A stretch of DNA of 64,000 nucleotides from Dendrobates tinctorius (lineage: Eukaryota): the NCBI RefSeq assembly GCF_039654945.1, contig NW_027361891.1, positions 10,788,001 to 10,852,000 on the forward strand, in the 5' to 3' direction. The translations under genes and the position numbers were made by a program. Positions 50,135 to 62,471 of this stretch are shown here, one piece after another. Position 1 is the first letter of the stretch, and every line of letters starts with the position of its first letter. A model generated the notes under the pieces. It was given only the letters and a program-made list of their open reading frames with translations. It was not told the DNA's origin and searched no databases.

Positions 50135-50900
50135 AGTTGGCAATGATGTGGGTGATGGAGAGCAGTGATGGGGTGGTAGGGGAGAAGGCAATGTTGGGGG
50201 TGTTGGAAAGGACGATAGGGGTGGTGGAGGAGGAGGCAATGATGGAGGTGATGGAATGGGTAATGATGAGGTGGTGGGAGAAAAGGCAATGATGGTTGTG
50301 GTGGAAATGACAATGATGATAGTGGTTCGGGGGGGAGGCAATGATGGAGGTGTTGGAGAGGGCAATGATGGGAGTGGTGGGGGAGAAACCAATGATAGAG
50401 GTGGCGGAAAGGGCAATGATGAGTTGGTGGGGGAGGAAGCAATGATGGGGTAGGTAGAAGGCAATGATGATTGTGGTGTAAAGGACAATGATGGAGTGGT
50501 GGAAAGGACAGTGATGGTGGTGGTGATGGGGAAGGCAATGATGAAGGTGGTGGAATGGGCAATGATGGGGGTGGTGGGGGAGAAAGCAATGAAGGAGGAG
50601 TTGGAGAGGACAATGATGGGAGTGGTGGGGGAGAAACCAATGATAGAGGTGGCGGAAAAGGCAATGATGAGTTGGTGGGAGAGAAAGCAATGATGGGGTA
50701 GGGAGAAGGCAATGATTATTGTGGTGGAAGGGACAATGATGGAGTGGTGGAAAGGACAGTGATGGTGGTGGTGGTGGGGGAGGCAATGATGGAGGTGGTG
50801 GAATGGGCAATGATGGGGGTGGTGGGGGAGAAAGCAATGATGGGGGTGGTGATGAAGACAATGATGGGGTGGAGAGGGAGAACAATGATGGAGGTGGGGG
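50135..50900. repeat. G/A-rich 21-25-bp minisatellite
   Basis: Unit core GGCAATGATGGRGGTGGTGG, with a higher-order ~240-bp repeat (50365-50600 vs 50613-50845). Confidence 0.9.
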
Positions 50901-51632
50901 GAGCTGAATTATACCTTATGAAGGTGGCTGCATTATACTATATAAAGGGATTGCATTTTACCCTATGAAGGGGGCAGCACTATACCCTATGAGGGGGGCT
51001 GCATTACACTATATGAGGGGGGCTGCATTATACCATATGAGGGGGCTGCATTTTACTATATGAAGGGGCTACATTATACTATATGATGGGGCTGTGCTAT
51101 ACTTTGAGTGGGCTAAATTATATTCTGTGGGGGGATCTGCATTATATTCTGTGTGGGGGCTGCATTATTGTCTCACGGGGCTACATTATATTCTGGGGGC
51201 TACATTATACTATATAAGGGAGGCTGCATTATGCCCGGAGGGGGCTAGAGTATATTCTATGGGGGCTGCATTATACTCTGATGGGTCTACATTATATTCT
51301 GTGGAGGGGCTGCATTATACTATATGAGGGGGACTGCATTATACCCTATGAGGGGACTACATTATATTCTATGAGGGGTGCTGCATTATACCCTATGAGG
51401 GGGCTGCATTATATTCTATGAGGGGGGCTGCATTATATTCCATGAGAGAGGCTACATTATATTCTATAAGGGGGCTACTTTATATTCTTTGAGGGGGCTA
51501 TATTATATTCTATGAGGGGGCTGCATTATATACTATGAGGGGGGCTACATTATATTCTATGTGGGGCTACTTTATATTCTATGAAGGGGCTACATTATAT
51601 TCTATGAGGGGGCTACTTTATATTATATGAGG
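50900..51632. repeat. 21-23-bp minisatellite
   Basis: Unit GGGGGCTRCATTATAYTCTATGA. Confidence 0.9.
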
Positions 51633-52558
51633 GTCTACCACAATTCCTGCTATATAATTAAGACATGTACTACCTTATATTACACCCTGATATTAGCATG
51701 TTTTACCATACAATTGGTTGTCTTGTATTTATTTCTATGTAGCTACATAGTGGGCCCCAAGAATCATTTTCTCTGGTGGGCCCAAGGTGCTCCAGTCCAA
51801 CACTGGTCTGGAGGTATGCTTGGCCACTCCAGCTCATTTATCCTCAGTTTCTTTAGCAAGGTAGTTGTTGTTTTAGAGGTGTGCTTGGGGTTGTTATGTT
51901 GGAATACTGCCCTACAGCCCAGTTTCTGAAGGAAGGGGATCATGCGCTGCTTCAGTATATCACAGCACATGTTGGCATTCATGGTCCCCTCAATAAATTG
52001 TAACTCCCCACAGCCAGCAGCACTCATGCAGCCCCAAACCCTGACACTCCCACCACCCTTCTTACAATAGTCAAGACACACTTGTCTTTGTGCTCCTCAC
52101 TTGGTTGCCGCCACACACGCTTGACACCATCTGAACCAAATAAGTTTATCTTGGTCTTATCAGACCACAGGACATGGTTCCAGTAAGCCATGTCCTGAGT
52201 CTGCTTGTCGTCAGCAAAAGTTTTTTGGGACTTTCTTGTGCACCATCTTTAGAAGAGGCTTCCTTCTGGGACAACAGCCATGCAGACTAATTTGATGATG
52301 TGTGCGGCATATGGTATGAGCACTGGCTTGCTGACGTCTCCCATTAACCTCTGCAGCAATGCTGGCAGCTCTCATACGTCTATTTTAAAAGACAACTTCT
52401 GGATATGACGCCGAGCACGTGTACCCAATTTCTTTGGTTGACCTTGGCAAGGCCAGTTCTGAATGGAACCTATCTTGTTAAACCACTGTATGGTCTTGGC
52501 CACTGTGTTGCAGCTCAGTTGCATGGTGTTGGCAATCTTCTTATAGTCTAGGCCAACA

Positions 52559-52966
52559 GTGGGGAATCTATGGCACGCAAGCAAGAGGGGGCATGCAGAG
52601 TCCTCCCTGTGGGCACACATGCTATCGCCATTCCGCATCAGTGGACTGAGGATGGTGGGTGAGGAGCCCCTACGTCACCAGCTCTTACTTTAGCTGGATT
52701 TGTGTCCTCGGACACAGATCCAGCTGATGTGTATTGCAGCGCACACACTCACCAGGTCCATGCAGACACTATCCTGAGCTGGCGGACCCACAATATTATA
52801 TGGACTTTTTACTTTGTGTTTTCACTTTGTGCCAGAAAAGGCTGTTCTTTTGTTTGATTCTATGAGCGGTTTATGCAGTCGTAATAAACCTGCCTGGACA
52901 TTTTTTTCATGAAACCGCTTCCCGTGCCTACCTCAAACAGCAGCACAGTGACTACAAAATCCTACA
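52559..52966 (+). mobile_element. Possible LTR fragment
   Basis: AATAAA at ~52883 and an ...AATCCTACA end. No TSD seen. Confidence 0.35.
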
Positions 52967-53399
52967 AGACATACAGTATATCACTTATAATCAGACAAAT
53001 ATCACTTATAATCTTAATGATTTGTTGCGGTCATTTAATGTGTCTGTAAGAAAAGTTGGCTCGCTGTGATTATTTGAGATGCTGTGCAGAAAAAATAAAA
53101 AATACATTTGGCATCCCTGGCTTGGACAAGTTATTCGCTGCCATTATCTGGTGTCTTCAGCAGTGCATTATTGCTGACTTCACTTATGACATGCTGCTGA
53201 AAGCGCCTGGCCACGTCAGTCATTCACAGGTCCTGGTGGTACTGCTGACACTTTGAACTGTGGCATCTTCCTACCTGGGCACACGCAGCGGACTGTACTG
53301 GATAAGGTGAGTATAGCTTTATTTTGCTTTTTTTTTTTTTTAATTTACCAAGTCATCTGTAACGTTTTAATTTTGCCTGAACAACCACTTTAAGTCTAT

Positions 53400-53690
53400 C
53401 TATTCCTTCAGATGGAACCTGAAAACCCATCTCTTCAGGAAAGCCTACAGCCTGCAATGATCCCCGCTGACTCCTCACCACTAGAGGAGCTGCTGCAACC
53501 CCCCAACCTACTGTCTCCTTCCCCACCATCCTGTAGCATGTAAGCCCGAAAGGGCAGGGTCCTCTCTCCCCTCTATATCAGTCTGTCATTGTTAGTTTAC
53601 TGTAAGTGATATCTGTAATTTGTATGTTACCCCTTCTTATGTACAGTACCATGGAATCAATGGCGCTATATAAATAAATAGTAATAATAA
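53400..53690 (+). mobile_element. L2-clade LINE 3' end
   Basis: FRWNLKTHLFRKAY C-terminus, then TGTAAGCCC...GGGCAGGG and GGCGCTATATAAATAAAT(AAT)n tail. Confidence 0.8.
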
Positions 53691-54344
53691 TTCATTGTTA
53701 TCAATTGGGGGACCGTGTAGAGAAAGCACATCATGACATTTTTACTTTTGCTACAGTGTCAGATGAGGTGAGATTCAATTCTACTTAAGAATGCCAAAGG
53801 AAAGCCTTAGAAAAGATGACAGGTGAAGCTCAGTGGTATTTAAACATTGTTATGATTGCAACATGAACTCTTATCCCTTTAGCTAAGTTGTCACTGGATC
53901 TTACTAAAACCAGCGTTGATGATTTACCATTGATTTCTGGAAATATCACTCAACATCCGATGTTCTGCTCTCATAGGGACTCATAATAGACGTAATATTC
54001 ACTAGTTTACCCTTTTTCAAAAAAGCAATACACCTGTGCAGTCATGAGAAAAAGTCAAAGTCAATAACTGTCTCCATATCTCTTTTATACTGTACTTAGA
54101 TGAAAAAAGCTGTGCCGATGCAGGTCTGCTTCTCCACTTGTTCTCTTTTTAGATGTTGCCCAAACAGGAGGTTTGCAGAACATAAATCAGGGCACCTCTG
54201 GTGTCTTGAAATGCGTGTCTCACAGAAGATACTATCTACCCTCTACTTATTTGGGTTGTACCATAAAAAACATTTATTACTTATACAGATGCTGAGACTG
54301 CTACTCATCCCAAAAAGTAGGGTCCACTGTGTGAATGTTTATTA

Positions 54345-55419
54345 AACACTGACAGCGGCATTTAACAAGTGCTTCTGGCAATCGCGCCGGATATCCGCCC
54401 ACCGTTGACCCACGTCACATGATCGCGGGTCACCAGTGTGTTGGCATGACAACCGGAGGTCACCTGGAGACCTCAATGGTTGTCACAGCCGGCGTGCTGT
54501 GAGTGCCACCCAGTGGTCGGCGCTCATAGCAAGTGAGTAATTACTACATGGAGCCGAATTGATCATCGCCTGTACGTAGCAGAGCCGATCGGGTTCTGTC
54601 AGCTTCTAGTCTCCCATGGAGACTATTGAAGCATGCCAAAAGTAAAAAATGTTTTTAAAAATGCAAAAAAAATAAAAAAATATAAAATTTCAAATCACCC
54701 CCCCTTTTGCCCCATTCAAAATAAAACAATAAAAAAAATCAAACATACACATATCTGGTATCGCTGAGTTCAGAATCGCCTGATCTATCAATGAAAAAAG
54801 GATTTACCTGATTGTTAAATGGCATAGTGAGAAAAAGTCAAGACGCCAGACTGACCTTTTTTCGGTCGACGCGACATTGAATTAAAATGCAATAACGGGC
54901 TATCAAAAGGTTGTATCTGTACCAAAATTAAGAACATCAACTCGGCACGCAAAAAATAAACCCTCAACCAACCAGAGATCACGAAAAATGGAGATGCTAC
55001 GGGTATCGGAGAATGGTGCCATTTTTTTTTTTTAACAAAGTTTGGAATTTTTTTTCACCACTTATAAAAAAAAAGAGCCTAGACATGTTTGGTTTCTATG
55101 AACTCGTAATGTCCTGAAGAATCATTATAGCAGGTCAGTTTTAGCATTTAGTATTTAGTGAACCTAGTAAAAAAGCCACACACAAAATCAAGTGTGGGAT
55201 TGCACTTTTTTTTTTGCAATTTCCCGGCACTTGGAATTTTTTTCCCCATTTTCTAGTACATGATATGGTAAAACCAATGTTGTTGTTCAAAAGTACAACT
55301 TGTCCCGCAAAAAACAAGCCCTCACATGGCCATATTGACGGAAAAATAAAAGTTATGGCGCTGGAAAGGGAGTGAAAAACGAAAACGCAAAAACGAAAAT
55401 ACTTCCTGTAGTTAAGGGG
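54345..55419. mobile_element. piggyBac-type MITE, right portion
   Basis: Ends AAGGGG|TTAA. Homologous to 25434-25951. Confidence 0.75.
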
Positions 55420-56248
55420 TTAAGCTGTGGAATTCATGGTCCTGGCCAGTCAATACCATTGGCTAATGGTGGCCTGCACAGCCGCAAGGCCCTCACTTTT
55501 ATCAACACCCCCGCCAGGAGCCACAATTTTCTGTAAAGTGCCAGGGTGTTATGAAGCAGGACAGTTTACAAAAGCATGGAAAGGTGCAGCTGCCCCGTGG
55601 CAGGAGGAAAGGGTTCTTCCAGATGTATTATGACAAAAACGGAAACTGGCGTGTTTCTGCTAAACCAAGTGTCACTTGATTTTTATACCTTCAGAAATGC
55701 ACCAGTCCGGTGCGTGTTTGTAGTAATAAAACTGATTTGGAATCCCAAGGCTCTTCATTCCCACAGCGCAGACCACCTAAACGTGCCAGTAGCCATTTTT
55801 GCCAAGATATAAATATTGTAAACTAAGGCCAACACTTTTGTTGGCAGCTTGTTGACTTGGAGACTGATCGCCACCCTCAGGCTCTTGGACTAGAGGCCCA
55901 CATTCAAATTACAGAAATGATGTCCGAACCTGCTGAGTTTGGTGGGACCAGTAAAATAATGTGTATTGGGGCCTCCTAGCTCCTTCCAATGCATGATATT
56001 AGATAGCTTGCTCCCCTCTCCCCATGTAAAACATGCCCACTCAGCCAACAATACGTATGTCCATGATGGATGGAAGAGATGTCAGTCAAATAAGCATGTG
56101 GGCACTTTTAGTTAAAGTTAAGAAAACAAATTGACAATGTTACTATTCTTTAATGTTGACTTTGTTTTCTGTTTTGTTTTTTTTGGATTGGGGTCATCAT
56201 TAAAGACCTAGCAGTTATTAATATAAAAAGTATTTGTAGTGTTCTTAA

Positions 56249-56423
56249 AGGGAATCTGTAGTAGGTTTTTGCTACCTCTTCTGAGAGCAGCATGACGTAA
56301 GGGAAGAGACTCTGAGTCCAGCAAAACACAGACTAGTAAGTGACACATCATTAAAATCAGTGTCTCAGCCCCTACCTCATGCTGCCCTCAGATTACACAA
56401 CAAAACCTGCTGACAAAGTCCCT
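56249..56423. mobile_element. Short T2/Kolobok MITE
   Basis: TTAA|AGGGAATCTGTAGTAGG...CCTGCTGACAAAGTCCCT|TTAA. Confidence 0.75.
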
Positions 56424-57638
56424 TTAACTGCCAGGGTAATAGATACATGATGCCTGAGAGCAGGGAGGATTCTGGTCCTCTTTGGTTTTGGGTTATCTTT
56501 CAGCATGCATCACTGAACACAATTTCAGTTGATATTGGAAATGGAATCCAAATGTATATTACTTACAGGGTCTGGCCAGCGTGGATTCAGAGCTTGTTAA
56601 TGCCCAGAACTTGCTGATAAATAAATCATATTGAACAGTAAATATTCATAAAGAAGAAAATGAAGTTCAATTATTGCCCGAGTAAAGGCTGACAGTATTA
56701 TAGCTCTAATGAGAAGTCATCCTTATAAAAAATAAATGGAGCTTTTCTTAACATATTTTGGATGATACATGCAGACTGAAGATTTGAGTTCTAGGAATGT
56801 GTTATCTTCCCTAGGCAGATCTGTGACCGGGCTAATAGGATTATTTGATTGTTACAGCTGTTAAATAGGTTCAGTTATTTTCCAGGAATAACAGGAAGTC
56901 AGTGATAAACTCTAAAGTCATATAAAAGCACATTCCGGTCTGATATTAAAAGGGTTGTCTGGTCTTCTGCTAAAAGTCTACTGTCCCTCTATGTAAGTCA
57001 CATACTTACATTTAAGTGACCACCCGCTCTTACTGCCAATACCGGTGAATCCTGACAGTGTGCGCACTACGCACTGTGAAGATCCAGGAGTCTGCAGCTA
57101 GATAGAGTCAGAAGACTGCACAACCTCATTACGTTGCTTCTCACTTCTTACATTTGTTTTGAAGTAGCTGTAATAAGTTTTACAAGATTTTGCCATAGCC
57201 TACAGTTGTCCTAATGTCGTCTGCCGTGCATTCCACAGTTGCTGGTAAACCTTTGCAGAAATAGACAGGCTAACTTTATGTGGAATGCAAATTGATATGC
57301 AGTGGCTTGCGCAAGTACTCACCCCCTTGGCTTTTTACCTGTTTTGTTACATTACAACCTGTGTTTAAATATCCAGTTTGTGTGACACATCAGCAATAAA
57401 TAGTGTAAGTTGGTAAAGTGAAGTGAGAAAAATATAGGAATAAACTAAGTTTATGGGATCACATAACTAAAACTTGGCATGTGGCATATATATTCACCCC
57501 TTTTGCTATGAAGAATCTAACAATTTCTGGTGCAAGCAATTACCTTCATAAGTCACATGCTTACTGATAGGAAGTCCACCTGCGTGCAACTATCAATATA
57601 TACCCACCTTTTCTGAAAGGCCACAGAGGCTGCACCAC

Positions 57639-58633
57639 TAGGGATGGGCGAATCCTGAAATATTCGGAATCGCTAGGCTGTAACGAGTCCGACTTGGAAA
57701 ATCGCTATTCGTTGCAAGTCTAGCGAGTCCAATGTTAATGAATGGGGATGTGAGTTTTGCAGCGATTCCTGTGCTGGGGAGGAGGAGAATGGGGATGTAG
57801 AGTTCTTAGCGATTTTGTGTCAGCAGCTGGACACAAAATCGCTAAGGCCGGTTTCACATTAGCGCTTTTTAAGCGCACGCACGGCCGGGGGTAGCTCCGC
57901 CCCCGAGCCGGCTCTCTGCCCGGCGTGCCCGCCCCTTGCTTATAGCACGCCAAAATCAAACTTTTCGGATTTTGGCGCGCACGGCGCACCGTCAGAAGTG
58001 CGCAGCGCAGGTCAAAGCGCAACTAGCGCACGGCCTGCGCACGATCTGCGCACCCTATGCTAAAGATAGGGTGCGCCGATCGCAGGCGCCGCTGTCCGCT
58101 AGGAGGCGGCGCTATAAGCAAGGGGAGGGCACGCCGGGCAGAGAGCCGGCTCGGGGGCGGAGCTACCCCCGGCCGTGCGTGCGCTTAAAAAGCGCTAATG
58201 TGAAACCAGCCTAAGAAACTAGGATTGCTTGTTATTAAACTGTGAAAAAAGTAGCTAGAGTTCTCTCTGTTTTGCGATTCCTGTGCAGGGGAGGAGGAGA
58301 ATGGGGATGCGAGTTTGCCAGCGAGTCCTGTGCTGGAGGGGGGAGAGAGAGAGAGAGAGGAGAATGGGGATGAGAGAGAGAGAGAGAAAAAAAAAAATCC
58401 TAGCTAGTTTTTTCACAGTTTAATACAAGCAATCCTAGTTTCTTAGCGATTTTGTGTCCAGCTGCTGACACAAAATCGCTAAGAAACTCTGCAAAAACTA
58501 GGATTGCCATTCATTTGCATTGGACTCGTTACTGTGCGAGTAATCGCTTGGAAACTCGCAGAGTACCGACTCCTGCGAGTCCCCTACTATTCGCAGAGTA
58601 ACGAGTCCTAATGAGTAGATTCGCCCATCCCTA
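57639..58633. mobile_element. hAT MITE inside Tc1
   Basis: TAGGGATGGGCGAATC...GATTCGCCCATCCCTA with exact 8-bp TSD TGCACCAC. Confidence 0.9.
57846..58211. mobile_element. GC-rich PIF/Harbinger MITE with ~100-bp TIRs
   Basis: TAA|GGCCGGTTTCACATTAGCG...CGCTAATGTGAAACCAGCC|TAA. Confidence 0.9.
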
Positions 58634-59952
58634 TGCACCACCATTAAGAAAGAGACACCACTAACCAAACAACACCATGAAGATCTCCAAACAAGTCAGG
58701 AACAAAGTTGTTGAGAAGTACAAGTCAGGGTTGGGTTATAAAAAACCCCTCAATCTCTGATAATCCCCCCGGAGCACCATCAAATCCATTATCATCTAAT
58801 GGAAAGAACATGGTACCACAACAAACCTACCAACAGAGGGCTGTCCACCAAAACTCTCAGCCCGGGCAAGGAGGGCATTAATCAGAGAGGCAGCACAGAG
58901 CAAAGGTCACCCTGTAGGAGCTGCAAAGTTCCCAATCAGAGACTGGAGTATCCATCCATACGACCACAATAAGCCGTACTCTCCATAGAGGTGGCCTTTA
59001 TGGAAGAGTGTGATGTAAATATACTGAATCTGTCTAATGTGTATTGGCTGTTACCAAGAACTGCAGATCAACCCCTAATTAATTACACAAGTACTGATCT
59101 GCAGTACCCAGCAGTTGCCGCTACACATTAAACAGAAATGTGCCGCTCTGTTCAATTTTTATATCCGGCCACTGCAGAAGCTAATAACAGCAGATCGGCA
59201 TGAGTGTCGGGTGTACAACCCCCGCTGATCTAACATTACCAGCTAATCAAAATTTTATGCTGGAACAAACCCTTTAAATAGATCCCGGAGAGCATCCGTA
59301 CAGTGTGACTCTTTGTGTTGGAGTCTTGTGAAAACACTTGATCTAAAAAGCTGGTTACCAAACCGATGCTGACTGATTCACTGGATTGGTTTACAATCAG
59401 TTTATGGATCACTCATAAGAAGCATGGGCAACAAAAGAAGAGTCATTCATTCCCCATCAGTACTAACTGCTATCACAGGAACTGGGCAGACAAGAAGATG
59501 GAAGCGGTTTTGTTTTTTTATTTGCACTGAATGTGAAATGCTGACAGACGTAACAGGTTTATTACGGGGGTAATATAAAAACATATTACATTTCTTATTA
59601 CATTGTAACTGAAATAGCAAAACTGTCCAATAACTCAGTATTGAACTCCAATGTTATATACAAACCACTGACAAAGATTACAAATGGCAGGAAGGGTTTT
59701 TCACAGTGTTTCCGTCCTTGTAAAATAAAGCTATTGCTACATGTGAAAAGGAGGAGAAAATGAGATTTTAGAATACATGTTCCATAATCCCAGAGGCGTG
59801 CCGGGCCAAACTGGTACAAATATATGAAGCAACCAATCACTTTAACTCTTCAATTTGTCCTATAAAATGCAGTCTGAGGTGCGCAGGATATTTCAGGTAA
59901 CTGCATTAGTTTTCCATTGCACTATTTTTTATTTATCACCTCCGATATATAT

Positions 59953-60312
59953 GGGCTCATTCAGACGTCCAATTTTCACGAATAAGTGCTATGTGTATTT
60001 TTCATAAATAGTACTCATCACCTGCGCTAGTCTATGGGGCGATTCACATGTCCGTGATTTTTCGCAGACTGAGAGTCCACCGAAAATCATGGAGACATGT
60101 CCAATTTTCATCTGAAGGTCAGATTGCGCTCGGTCACGCACGTCATTCAAATACGGTCCTGTTTTCACAGATTGTCAAAATAGAGAAGGCGGAGAAGCTT
60201 TTTATTCTTCTCCATGTTCACGAAAATCGGATCACACTCTGATCAAAGTCTGATCTGCATAATCCGTCCATTTTTCTCGTATGTGGAAAAATGGGACGTG
60301 TAAATGGGCACC
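59953..60312. mobile_element. Old Harbinger-type MITE
   Basis: GGGCTCATTCAGACGTCC...GGACGTGTAAATGGGCACC. Confidence 0.6.
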
Positions 60313-60977
60313 AAGGCAATGATTCAGATAAGAAAAAATGATGATGCCTCATACTTGTGTACTTATAGCTTAGTTATGAATATTTCTGACCTTCACCTAC
60401 TCTCAGTTTAAATTAGTGGCCGGTCAGGATGTAAGAATCCTTTATACACACAGCCTACTGGCTAAGCTGTTTATAGAGGTAATACAATTATTAATATTGT
60501 GTTATTAAAAAAAGGGGGAGCAATATTAGTGGGTTCTGCAATATGTGACTGCAGTAAACATTTCGAGCATACTCATTATTACTACTGATGAAGCAACACT
60601 AATATCCTGTCCTAAAATTACGGTAGATTTTCACCAGTTCTTGAAGAGAAAATTGAAGAAAGGGAGTGTGTATAACTAGAGAAGAGTATAACATCTCCGC
60701 ATCACAGGCTAAAGGCAATGGGATGCTATTACTTGGAGAACACCTAGGTGAGAGAGAATTTGAGATGAAAGAACTGACGCACCCCAGGCAAAAAGTGTCA
60801 CCTTTAATAGCAATAAATGTAGAAAATATAAAGGTGATGGCCACCCCTTTCTTCCTAAAACAATATGGTCTAAAAATGAAAAAAATAAAAAGTATACTTG
60901 TTTCACCGTTGTGGCCAGTGATTCACTGCTGTGGTCTCATGTCACTAAGATGGGGTAGACTGTAGAGAGACAATATC

Positions 60978-61210
60978 TAACATAGTAACATAGTTAGCAA
61001 GGCCGAAAAAAGACATTTGTCCATCCAGTTCAGCCAATTTTCCATCAGAATAAATCCCCAGGTCTACATCCTTCTAAAGAACCTAATAACTGTAAGATAC
61101 AATATTGTTACGCTCCAGGAAGACATCCAGGCCTCTCTTGAACCCCTCGACTGAGTTCGCCATCACCACCTCCTCAGGCAAGGATTCCAGATTCTCACTG
61201 CCCTAACAGT
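60978..61210 (-). mobile_element. CR1 LINE 3' end
   Basis: (TAACATAG)n tail, AGGCCGAAAAAAGACATTTGTCCATCCAGTTCAGCC, and antisense TVRAVRIWN...FKRGLDVFL. Confidence 0.85.
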
Positions 61211-62234
61211 GTATATCTGTATATATCTATTTATTCTGTTCTTGTTAGACCAACATGTGAACACTGCAGCAAATCACTGGTTGCAGCAAAGAACAATGCA
61301 CTACCTCTACAGCCAGAAGAGGTGGCTATATTTTTTTTTAAACCTTGCTTGGCTCCACTTAAGAAATAACAAAGGACAACCCCTATAAGACTAATTATCA
61401 ATGACGAAGTTATCTCTATACTTTACACTTATTATTATATATTTAGATTCTTCTAATGCTTCACAAATATTTTTTCTATTGCAAAATATAAAACATGCAA
61501 AAATACTGAAAAACAGTATTTACTGGATCTTTAACCCATTGTGCTAGGGTGCTTGGCAGTGAAGTAGGATGTCTGTCCAGCACTGGCAATAAATGTATTT
61601 TTCATACATAACAACAATATAGGTAATATTTAAATAAATATGATTAAACATAAGTTAAAAGCAAATATTTGCTAAAGTATTGTATTATAAGTTACATATC
61701 AAACTAGCTAGGTAGCATGAAAGTGTGAGTGCTCTGGCTTCACATACTGAATAAGGAGATCTTCATGCAGCCATTATATCATGTATTATCCAACTACAGC
61801 ATGTAGCTCCTCTGTGGTTACATGTAACCAAACCTAGGTGGCCACAATGGAGAAGATGGAAAAAATGTTTCTCCATCTTCTCCTCATCAATGAGAATCAC
61901 ATCACATTCTCATCAGAGTCTGATCAAAGTATGATTAGCATAACTGATAAGATTTTCTTGGATGAAGACCCATAAAAAAAGAGGTAAAAGGAACCCTATC
62001 CAAACTGGCCATCCTTGGTGTAGGTTATTTGGTTTTGACTTACTTTAAGATTCCCCAAAAGCTCTAAATCTTATGATCTACTTGGACAAGCCACTAGCAC
62101 CAAGAAGGATTGAGAGGAGTTGGTCTGCCATATATCCTCTTTAGCTTAGGCACCAAGCTTCCTACAGGCCTTGGGTTATAAACTTCAATGAGTAGTTTAG
62201 TAAGTACAATTGTATAGATTTGTGTTGAGAAAGA

Positions 62235-62471
62235 GGCAGCATGGCGACTCAGTGGTTAGCGCTGCAGCCTTGCAGCGCTGGGGTCCTGGGTTCGAGTCCC
62301 ACCAAGGACATCTGCAAGGAGTTTGTATGTGTTTGCGAGGGTTTCCTCCCACATTCCAAAGACATACTGATAGGGAATTTAGATTGTGAGCCCCATTGGG
62401 GACAGTGATGATAATGTGTGCAAACTGTAAAGTGCTGCGGAATATGCTAGCGCTATATAAATATTATTATT
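62235..62471 (+). mobile_element. tRNA-derived SINE with L2-like tail
   Basis: A box TGGCGACTCAGTGG, B box GGTTCGAGTCC, core GGAGTTTGTATGT...GGGTTTCCTCC, tail GCGCTATATAAAT(ATT)n shared with the L2 end at 53665. Confidence 0.85.

Larger units (their letters stand above)
49448..51805. mobile_element. Non-autonomous hAT element carrying two minisatellites
   Basis: CAGGGTAGGACTGG...CCAGTCCAACACTG with exact 8-bp TSD GTCTGGAG. Confidence 0.9.
49028..52555 (-). mobile_element. Tc1 fossil split by a hAT element
   Basis: TA|CAGTATATCACAAAAGTGAGTACACCCC. Minus-strand pieces GGGSVRVWGCMSAAG...FQHNNPKH...LEWPSIP|PDLNPIEHLWGILK. Confidence 0.85.
57300..59010 (+). mobile_element. 5' part of a Tc1 fossil
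   Basis: CAGTGGCTTGCGCAAGTACTCACCCC TIR. SKQVRNKVVEKYKSGLGYKK from ~58677. Confidence 0.75.

Noticed and set aside
49983-50968. Long Pro/His-rich and Met/Val/Gly-rich ORFs (up to 300 aa)
   Set aside because: They are translations of a minisatellite inside a TSD-bounded hAT element and are open in several frames on both strands.
62235-62310. Possible tRNA gene
   Set aside because: The A/B boxes continue into a SINE core and L2-like tail, with no clean acceptor stem.
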